Shown piece by piece: positions 38,296 to 49,600 of a stretch of DNA of 64,000 nucleotides (positions within the stretch are counted from its first letter, which is position 1; each line of letters opens with the position of its first letter). This stretch comes from Ruditapes philippinarum (taxonomy: Eukaryota). The DNA lies in the NCBI RefSeq assembly GCF_026571515.1, contig NW_026866638.1, positions 1 through 64,000 of the forward strand. The letters run 5' to 3'. Made by a program: the position numbers and the translations under genes. The notes beneath the pieces are model-generated. The model was not told the DNA's origin, searched no databases, and worked only from the letters and a program-made list of their open reading frames with translations.

Positions 38296-40054
38296 TTATA
38301 AATCATTTAATTCAAGAATGCTGTTTTCATCTAAACTTATCTTTGATGCTTGGTCCCCATTAACTGATTGCGGCATGTTAACCTCCGTAATAGAGTTTGT
38401 CTTGATGTATGAGCAATAGTTGTAATATTTGTAAAATTTCGATGCAATAATTCCGACAGGTAGAGCAATAACTATCACACCACATACTGCGCATGATCCA
38501 GCAATCACATGACCGACAGTGGTAACAGGCACATAATTACCATATCCAACAGTCGTTAGAGTTATTAACGCCCAATAGATTGCTTTAAAAATATTGTTTA
38601 TATTAGGATTGTGCAGGAATTCGGCAGCGAATAAGAAATATCCATAAACAAAAACACATATACTTAGCAAAAAAACTAATATTTTCATTTCTTGCTTACA
38701 TGATCGGAATGTTAGAGTAATAAGTCTAAATGCAGGGATACTTCTAGAAAGATAAAAAAGTCGAAAAAGCTTCAATATAGAGAGATAGCCAAATATAACT
38801 TGTATAGTTACAACATATATGGAAGTAACATATCGTAAATTTAAGTAGATGCAGCATGAAATCCAATAAGCTACATATCCAAAACAAGCAATAACTCGGG
38901 AAATGCATTTGAAATAACTGTTTTTATTCGGGCAGACGACAAATCCGATAACAAGCTCTAATGTTAGAATGGCATGTAACATTACACTGATAAACAACAG
39001 GTATGCGTTTGGTTTCATGGCCGAAATCTTTTCCATTGTTGCATTACTGAAATGAACGGAATCAGCAAATTTCGCAAACACCATCATATCCTCTTCAGTG
39101 TGGTTTTCTTGAAATATATCGATAGTGGATAGAGAATCAGCAAGCAAAGCAGCCAGAATAAGGAATGATATGAATAAGTTCCATACCTGAAAACAATGTA
39201 ATATGTATTAAATTCACCTATAAGCATAACAAGTTCATCAATTCACTTCTTTGATTAAAAAAGAAACAAGGCAGTCGGGGTTCTGCATGAATATGTTAAT
39301 ATTAATCCTATAACGAATCTTACAAATAACAAATATGAAAGAAATTTCATGTTGGAAAATAACATACATTCATATCGCCACTGACTTTATAATAATAATA
39401 ATAATCTAACATGTAAACAGTATACTAGCATGTTCTTATTTACATATGTATATTACAACACACCGAATTTACAAATTGTGACATCCGTAGATATATTATA
39501 TATATAATTAAGTTAAAGACAAAGTATACCATAAAAGGAAAACAATCAATGTTACAAAAATAATCAATAAATTTTATTCTTACAAAAGCTGATCTGGAAG
39601 ATTTCGGCTCATCCAGAAAAAGCCAAAGTCGTGTCCTAAGACCCGATTTTCGGTCGTGAATACGGCTCCAATTTTGACCTTGACGAAAATTTTCCAGCAG
39701 CAAGTGCACTATTTCTATATCACCTTCGCTACCATAAAGTGCCTCCCAGCAACACGGAGCAACATAGCGCGGAGGTATTTCCCAGAATTCTAACTCCTGT
39801 CTGAAAGTTGTTCCACATATATCCTTTGGCAAATGTATTGCTCCTTTTCGGAACGAATCCAGGATGTATGCAAACAGTATTGGATTTCTATCGAAAAAAT
39901 ATTCATTTTTTTCGTCGTCATATTCGTCGTTTTCTTTGTCTAAGTTAGCCAACTTCGAAGTAGAGAAAGCAGTAAGCGTTTTTGTATAGCACTTGTAAGT
40001 TGTTCCACCGATATTTATCAGAGTGAATTTGTTTTTAATTGTATGTTTATCCAT
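38296..40054 (-). CDS. Shaw/Kv3-like potassium channel, paralogue 5; complement(join(38296..39186,39584..40054)), 453 aa
   Basis: T1 with HLPKDIC-X20-CCW. Phase-0 intron (gctttt/gtaaga ... tttcag/gtatgg). Pore YWALITLTTVGYGN and S6 IALPVG. Confidence 0.93.
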
Positions 40055-40325
40055 AGAACTTTAGATTGTTTCACGATATGCAACAAAGAGATATGAATGT
40101 TCACTCTACAGAAACGATCTTATTTCATTAATCAATAACTGTCTGGGATATATACTACACATATACACACATTTCCTTTGTTTCCTTATGTTTATCCATA
40201 GAACTTTAGATTGTTTCACGATATGCAACAAAGAGATATGAATGTTCCCTCTACAGAAACGATCTTATTTCATTAATCAATAACTGTCTGGGATATATAC
40301 TACACATATACACACATTTCCTTTG
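40042..40325. repeat. 139-bp tandem duplication spanning the start codon of Kv paralogue 5
   Basis: 40042-40180 and 40187-40325 differ at one base and are separated by tttcct. Confidence 0.95.
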
Positions 40326-40490
40326 GGAAGATACGGCGTCAAAAACACAACATTCGCGCTGCTTATCCTCTGAATTATTTAGATAATTTTCTCCTGGCAT
40401 CCGATTAAAGGTACTTAACATTGCTATTTCTACATACATAAAATGGAGAAATGTAACATGGACGATACAACAGTTTCAAACTGATATTAA

Positions 40491-40865
40491 AGGCACACTT
40501 AGCCTATAAAATGTTGTTGTTTTTTTGTTGTGTTTTTCGTTTTCCAAAAATTTTAATGATTTGTGAATTGTAGCATTTCCAAAAAGAACCTCGTCGTCCT
40601 TATAGTTAAATTATTTTTGCTATTAGGTTTAGGCAATAAGCTACCAATGTACTAGTTTAGTATTTTGTATGAAAGTCAAAATACTACTCTGTTTATATTT
40701 ACGTTTTTTTCACAAATAACTACATATATACATTATATCAGTGCTATGTTCTTCAAGTGAATAGCATTTTACATATCCGGAATCCATTATTACAATATTG
40801 TAAACACACGTTTATCATTTCTTTAGAAAATAAAATAATATGTATTTCTGAGGCTTTATGTGCCT
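40491..40865. mobile_element. MITE flanked by TTAA (Kolobok-like termini)
   Basis: ttaa/aggcacacttagcct ... aggctttatgtgcct/ttaa: a 15-bp imperfect TIR with TTAA on both sides. Confidence 0.6.
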
Positions 40866-42066
40866 TTAAGTTTTGTGATTGTGAAAGCCTATTACGATCC
40901 ATTTGTAAGTGTTTTCCATAAGCGAATTAAATCATCAGGGAAAATGCGTTCACAGAAAATAACAATAATCGTATTGACTTTTTGAAGATGCTTTGTATTG
41001 TTTCAAATGCGCTTACGGTTCTAACTTACGGTTAGAATTCGTTTTGAACAGTAAATAAACATTTGCTTTTTTTACTCATATGACGCAGAATGTTAAGAAT
41101 CTACTTTTTCCAGTGGTTAAGTCAGCAAGTACAAAATGAATTGTCTCCCATAGTAATGCCAATATAATCAGGTGCGGGATAAAACCAGTGTAGCATTATT
41201 CACCGGGGACATACGTGCGTTATTGTGTATTTGGCGCCGAAGCCTTGCCATCTACAATAGTTAAATATTTGAGACGTAAATATGTAGTGACAAACTACTT
41301 CGTTTTTTTTTTCAGTTTCCCATTCATTTATCAAAACTGCACATGACTTTAGAAACCTTAAAATAGGTATATATACTATAATAAATATAGCATAACCTAT
41401 ACATTAGGGTGATATTTTTCATATCTAAGTATAATTGATGTATGTATGAATAAAAGTAAAAAAACCTTCAAATTTTGCCATTATTCTTTTCATTTATTTT
41501 ATAATATAAAACAAATAACAAAATATACAACAATTCAATAGGGCTGAATCAAGAATCTTTATCATTTATCTGTCCATTCTCTGTAAAAGTTATGTATGTA
41601 ACGAAATCTAACAATACATTAAGCAATTCAATTGTCTCGATAAACGTTCTTTTAAATTATGAAAATTAACAATGTAAGAAAACATTGAGACACACACAAA
41701 CTTATTTATTAGAAATATACTTAACGTTCCAATACATTAAAGTTATATGAAGGTTAAACATACATGTCTTTCTTTCAGGCAAATTCCTCTGACAAAATGC
41801 GTATGAAAATTGACTTAAAGAAATATACCAAGTCTTATTAAGATTAGATAAAACCTTTTGAGTATTGTCAGCAAGATTAGGTTTTCAAACGTTTCAGCCA
41901 TATGCGAATGTTAAAACATAAATAATGTTATATCCAAACATAGATTATCTTTTTACAATGTACTTTACCAGTTTGACGGTATTATACATGTAAGATAATA
42001 TAAGTTAACGATGCGTCATGAATCGACTCTGACAAGTTGATAAGAATCATACATCTCTAGTAACTA

Positions 42067-43190
42067 CAGTGTTGCATCAGAGGACGTTTTCAATTTTGCA
42101 CTGACTGGACAAAGAAACACTTCACCCCGAACTACCGCTTTTGAGCATGCAAACCCAGCCAAACTGTTTATATCATGGTACCAAGTAACAGTAAAATAAT
42201 GATTATTACTGGTACAAACCAAAGCCACCGCTACGAATTTTTCATGCGCTCTGTGCACTAATTCCGCGCAGTTTCATTTTGTAAAATTACTCGCGTACAT
42301 GTGTAAGTCAAAACACAACCTGTATGTCATAAATCTGCCGAAAAGAAGAGATAACCAATGATGTAGTGGCTAAAAAAGTAAAAGACAGACCTTGCGATTT
42401 AACCATGTTCGAATGTGAACCTTGTACAAATCAGATGGCAAAAAGTTTAAATGTTGCACGATCAATAATAAAGCGACTCGTTCGACGTGGAGGAGACACA
42501 GGAACATTTATTGATAGGTCACGATCAAGTGCGTCTCGGTTGAAAGCCATTAGGCACTATAATTACAAACGTTAATTTTCATTTATGTGGCAGAATCAAC
42601 TTCTGATTTAGTGGTCGGTAATCGTATCGTGGCGGTAAACCTTTACACTATATCAAAAGTGTTTATAAGAGCGAGGCAAATAATTCTTCAGACCATACCG
42701 CGCTGTCGTTCTAAAAAAAACGTCACTGTCAAAAACGTCTTTTTATGGATTCGTTACCATGCCCACGATCGTTGGAATATCGTCGTTTAAATAACGAGTT
42801 GCAATTTAATTTATTCAATGTTGACGGGTATAAAACGTCGAAATAAACATTACTTTAATAACTGTTTATCAGTCAATGTGTACGTAAACGTCAAACAAAT
42901 TCAGCCACAAATCATACAGTAATTGCCAGCAGCTATTCGCGTGGGTGTAACAGGATTTTTACGTAACCTTCTACGAAACTATGCGGGTATATGAGAAGGA
43001 TATGGACGGTTGTTATAGCCAGTGGTGGAAGTCGTTTACGATAAGAGTTCGAAACATGAACCGTTTATGACTTTAGTTGTTATCAGTAACGTTATTATTA
43101 TTGCTTAGTAATCCAGTTCTTGTATGTAATTTACTTTTAACATTGTTTAGAATTGAATAAAATTATGCAAGAAAAATATGATGCACTTGT
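42067..43190 (+). mobile_element. Decayed Tc1/mariner transposon
   Basis: ORF 42366-42575 resembles the Tc1 HTH region (AKSLNVARSIIKRLVRR..DTGTFIDRSRS), followed by a WNIVV..FNVDG-like remnant. TA/CAGTG left end at 42065. The right end is degenerate and approximate. Confidence 0.55.
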
Positions 43191-43619
43191 TCTGTATCCT
43201 TTCAGTGTAGTGATTTAGCCACTTCTTGATAAGAAACCATCTTATTTTGATATAATGACTGAAAGGTGTATCGTGTAATGTTCATAGTGCTAATTGTAAC
43301 GCTCAATCTAATTGCCGAAACAATTACTCTTCTGATTTTTCGACAAAAACGATAAGAAACAGCACATATGAGTTAATATTTACAGAGGATGATCTTGTAA
43401 CTATTATTGACACAAAACAAATACAATAAAAAATGATAATTAATTTTGTTCATTCTTTTCACCGTCAGTAGACAGCACTGTAGATTTCTAAAGCTTCTTT
43501 GCTACTCTACACACAACATAACCAAAACTAAATTACATTAAAAACAAAAAAGAATTCATAGAAAGAGTTTCTTGTTGCCATAAATAAAGCAATAAAAGCA
43601 ACAGGTCGCATAACACTGT

Positions 43620-46600
43620 CTAGGTTTTAGAGCTCCTTGCCTTCACAAGTAAAAGTATGAAGGCTATTATTCTGTAAACAATCAGCATTGCTAGCAGCAG
43701 ACCGATATTAAACCACAGATTGTCCTGTAATCAAACAAAAAAAAGATATTTAGGAATCAATTTCGTTGCATATTGAAAATGCCAAATTATACATGTTGTA
43801 TAAGTGTTGATGCCCTCAATTACAATTTTTTCGGTTTGAAAGATTTTTGAAACTATTAATAACAATGGCAATATAATAATAAAAATTCTTTTACGTGCAT
43901 TCTATAAAAAGGATACAAATATGTTTGTCGTACCTTGCTGTAATTTAGATACAGTATAACTTGCTTTCCGTTGTGAAAATGACAGCTGTCAACAGGAGAT
44001 GTACTGTTACTATCACAAGCTACAAAACAATTCCATTTTTTTTTTGAAATATTATAGTTCTTTTTAACCACACTGTTTTCTTTTAAAAAATATAGAACAT
44101 ATTATCACTTATTTATTTCTTTGTGTTCTAGGGTTAAAAACTTGATCTAGGGATCAAAGATTTGGGAACGACCATATTGCCCCATCAAACCTGATAAGTT
44201 CAAGAAAGTGGACATGGAGGAATATCGCGTAATGTCTTATTTTAAATAAATGAATACATTAATTAGATCAGATATCTTCTTTTGTCATCTGTAAATGTTC
44301 ACGCGTGTATAGTACATTATTGGAATAATAGATCTATAATAAAGATATACCCACATAACATGTCAACATCATCCCACTGGTTTACCATAAGTAGCTCATT
44401 TGAATATTTGAACCATGATAAATATTCCAGCCAAATAAAATAAACTGGGACGGAACTGAAAACAAAGTTTTATATCTATTTTAAGGCAAAAGAAGCAATG
44501 AAGTCTCTCGTGTACAAAATATTTTTGTACATAGCTTTCTGAAATTATTTTAAACTAGCTACTTTAACAGTGGCAAAATGGGCAATGCTAAAGTTACATA
44601 TTATATAACCAATCTGCTTAAAATATCGACTTATTTTATACGTTAAATGTGCTTTTTTAATGTCGGACCATTTCATAACTTGTAAACCATATCATATAAT
44701 AATAAGCAAAAATCTAAAATCTGTTTAAAAGAATATTTAGGGAAAGGAAACATACTCTGAATTTAAGAAAAATCCACCAAACATTACTAGTGGAATAAGT
44801 GTTGGTGGAGCAATTGCCAATGCTGTGGTCACGGAGTTAGTACCCGCCGACACTATATAGCCTGAAACAATAAATAAATAATTCACATGAAAATGTTTTC
44901 ATGAATCGATTGATATACTAGAAACTTGTTTTAATGATCAAGGGATTTAATGCAAACACCGTTATAAAAAAGGATAAAATAGTGTACATGTAGATTGCTT
45001 TTGCTGAGTAATTGGTGTATACAATTCTGTCAGTTATTCAAGGAATTTTTATCAATATATGTAATGATGAAATCTAAGTTTCAGTAAACCGATGTTAAAT
45101 ACAAAACATGGATTTATAAAATGGCGAAAATGAAATGCTTACCAAATGAAACTGATATATTTGAAACAAGCACAATCACGGCAGTAAACACAAGAAATGC
45201 TTCCAGTGTATTGTATAACCCTGTATTTTACAATAAATGACATAAGCAAGTTTGTGCAATGTATATTGCTGCATGTTCTCATTGTATAACATGCTATGAG
45301 ACAGAGTCAAAATATCATTAATTCAAATATAACTAAACAATTTGGAAGAATGATTCAAATTTCAAATAGCTGTGAGAAATCTGCATCTTACCAAATGTTT
45401 AAAAGATGAATACTCAGTTTAAATGGTTGAAGGATACTTTTTAGACGGCAAAGTTATATAATGTCGTCGTGATAACAAGTAATAATTTCGCTGCTACAAT
45501 AATCTGTTATATAAAGTCTGTGAAATGATACTTTACCAATCATCCAGTATGCAATAGCTGAGAAGATAACTGGAATGATTAAGTATGAAGGCAGCTGTAA
45601 ATAAAAAAGGGAATTTTATTTCTTCAAAAGAATGTAATAATATCGTACAGAATGGGTATTGTAGACAAATATTTCTAGCACATCACACAGGATTATCTAC
45701 CGTTTACACCTGTGCTAGAAAAACCTGTCCTCGCGTGCTTAAAATGAAGTAATTTCCGCGTGCCTTTTATGAATGAATTGCGTTCTTAGGATGTCTTCAT
45801 TTTACCGTTATTAAGTCCATACGCTTCTATAAGAAAAAAGTGCATAATGAGAATCAGTTTTCGTAATTTCTGTTCTGAAAATAATTGATATCTAATATAC
45901 AAGAAAAAGAATCAAACACCGGCTGACGGTACAGACGGGAATATCTAGTTCTCGGGTAACTTAAGCGGAAACTCGACAGTGCCTCGTTACCACCGTAAAC
46001 AATTACTCTCGAGCTATATAATTCAGTCTCTACCGGCAGCCGGTGTAAGATTTTTATATGATTATTGAACACTTAAATGATTTGTATGGGTACGATATCT
46101 TTAATGACTTATATTAATCTAATCGTGTTAAAGGTTTGAACCTTGATCACATTTCAAACTCTTTACCTTATTCAAAGTGAGTATAATTTCTGGATATATT
46201 TGAATATCAAAAATGAAGATTTATTATACCTCTGCTAGAGTCTTGCTAATAAAGTAAATGTCCACCCTGTACAGCCCAATGCCGTACTCTCGTTTGAATA
46301 TTGGTGTCTCTAAAGGGAAAGACTGTAGGAAAAAAAAAACATTTCTTGTTATCTATCAAAAAAAAAAGTATTGGTTCAGCTACGTACCATTGCGTATTTT
46401 GGTTTCTTTGCATGCAAGTGGCAAGGGAATAGGAAGAACTTCAATCAAAAGTTAGCAACTAATTAAACGAGTAAGAATCATAAAAGATAGGAACGTGTAA
46501 CATTATACACAAATGCAGGACAACACGTCAATGCGGCGTTGGAGGACCACATAATCATGAAGTTAAACAAATGCAACAACTATCGGTTCTCCGACTAAAT

Positions 46601-49600
46601 TAACCGGGGTCATGTAAACAAATAATAATAGTATAGTTTTTTAGGTACTGCCAAAACTTTGAAATATCGAAACCGTTAAAACTTACATTTAGTACACCAA
46701 GCATATTTGTAACAGTCATATTTATAAGTATAAGAAATATGACCCCATTGATGTTCATAACACCTTCTTGGTCGTGGTTTAACTGGAGATAGATCAGCCC
46801 GAGAACTATGGATAATACCTGAAACCATCGTATTCATTTACAAAAGGATTTGATGGATCATTTTTAAACATCCAATGACACTGTGGCATATGCTTGCTAT
46901 TTAAATGATCTTAAAACAAGAAGATTTCATTTGTATTTAAAACTGAATAAAATGTGGAGATGCATGAAAAATGTTTAAGAAATTGAAACATATTGAATAT
47001 TTCTTATATGGAAGATGGTAAGTCAAATATCAACACGTATTGGGCTCGGGTGTTGATAGTAGCTTGCACAGTCCCTGCTGTCCATGAACAGACCAAACTC
47101 AAACCGAGCCTACGTTTTTTTTCAAATTGTCCACGTTATAAGACCTTAAATGCTGTACCTCATTTGACTGTCTAAAAAAGTGGAAGTATTTACTAAATAC
47201 ATCAATAAAATTGTTAAAAGTGAACATGCTATCTTTCCTTTATTTCATTTACATGTCAGATCAAAGACATGGGTAATAGTTAATGACACTAATGTTAACA
47301 AAATGTCATTAAAAAGTCATCAGTAAGTACTCACGATTGTCTGAACTAGTCTTACTCTCATAACCATAGGTTCTCTTAGAGTTGTCTTCCATGATCGTGT
47401 TAAAACTGCCGCAAATTGTTCATACCAAGGTGACCCATATCTGATATATATACAAATATAAAGATGACCCATATCTGATATACACAAATATAAAGATGAC
47501 CCATATCTGATATACACAAATATAAAGGTGACCCATATCTGATATACACAAATATAAAGGTGACCCATTCTGATATATACAAATATAAAGATGACCCATA
47601 TCTGATATATACAAATATAAAGATGACCCATATCTGATATATATACAAATATAAAGGTGACCCATATCTGATATATATACAAATATAAAGATGACCCATA
47701 TCTGATATACACAAATATAAAGGTGACCCATATCTGATATACACAAATATAAAGGTGACCCATTCTGATATATACAAATATAAAGATAACACATATCTGA
47801 TATACACAAATATAAAGGTGGCCCATATCTGATATACACAAATATAAAGGTGACCCATATCTGATATATACAAATATAAAGATGACCCATATCTGATATA
47901 TATACAAATATAAAGGTGACCCATATCTGATATATATACAAATATAAAGATGACACATATCTGATATACACAAATATAAAGGTGGCCCATATCTGATATA
48001 CACAAATATAAAAGTGACCCATATCTGATATATGCAAATATTCAAGTAAGCATTTACTGTTATTTTCTTAGCTTTTTAAACACAAACATACATGCATGAT
48101 TAATACTTATGACACTGTTGATTCTCTCCTCTGTAATGTTACATGACTTAATTATTGTATATTTGATTGTTTCTTATTATCATATTATAAATTATGTATT
48201 TGATTATTATTTTTTTATAAATTATGAATTAAGCAATAGATGATTGATATTTGACATATTCTGCAGAATTTCAAATGATATAAAATTTAATACCTATCCG
48301 AGCTTTCTGAGACGAGTAGCTGAAAAGATAAAACTAATTTTAAATTACTTTACACGACACTTCAACGGTGATAATTAACGATTCTGAACATGATTCTAAC
48401 TTTGATTGATTAAATGTTTTTCCGTACTAGAATATTTAAATTTTCTAAACTTGAATAACAATAAATAAGATAATCATATCCGAGTCCCATCACTATTGTA
48501 TTTATAAAAAACACATGTATATTTTGTTAATGCCGTTACAGTTGAATACAATGTCTTTTTGACGTGCATGTTTGAGTGGAGCTGTTTTGTTTATTTACTC
48601 ACTGAACTTCTGGAGGAACTGTTTATTTCCTTTGGATGATTTTCATTTTTCATTTCGATGGCATTTGTCGTCTTTTCAAATTCATCACATATTGTCTGCA
48701 AAAGATATATTTTTTTTTATAAATATCATGCCGAGTAAGAAACAGCAACACACTTACAAAATAGGTAAATCAATTCTTTCTAAGTTAAGACTAATTAATG
48801 TTAAATCATTAAGCTAAACAAACAGAGAAAAACTTAAATAATACAATTATACAAGATTGACGTAATTAACATTCAGGAATTTCAACTTGTGAGCAGATGT
48901 TTATACCTTTACATTGCTTCTGCATTCAGCTTCATTACCAGGTACCACAGCCATAGACGCTATAAAGAAATCACAAGGGTTGTAATTCTGTGGGCAGGGC
49001 TTACCGACACTGCAAATTAAAAAACAATAAAGCGTGTGTTATGATATGAAAGATTCGAGCTGATTGAAAGATAGAGAGATTAGAATGTTTTTCTTGGGCC
49101 ATTCTGTCCACACTTTGATATCTCGCGACTGTTACTACTCCTATTGTGTATGATTGATTTCCTCATACCTCTAAACTGTTTTGTACCTACATGCATGTTT
49201 GCGTGTAGACCTTTAACTTCCTTCCCTGCATATCTGCATTCCTTTTCTCACCCATTCAAAGAAAATTCCTTTAAATTTTATAAACTACTAAAACCCAAGG
49301 CGGTATTTACAAGCGACAGCCCAATTCAATAAATAATTTTATAACATAAAAAAGATGTTATTTGGGCAGAGCAAGCTGATTTCTTTTGTAACAGAAATTA
49401 CGATATGTAATTGAGTTATCAACTTAAAATATCAAAAATTTTCTTAAATAATCTCTCATACCATGGTTTTACCCAGATGAAAACATCAATAAACTTGAAT
49501 CTCCATTAATACTGTCATGTCCTCTCTAAAACAAAATTGGCCCTCTAATCATCTTGGCCCTTAACTTGACTCATAATTGTATTTCTGGCAACAATAAGAT

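Noticed and set aside
47320-48045. Three overlapping 200-240 aa ORFs as a novel repeat-protein gene
   Set aside because: They result from a stop-free minisatellite. Only the last 35 or so codons of one frame are white exon 11.
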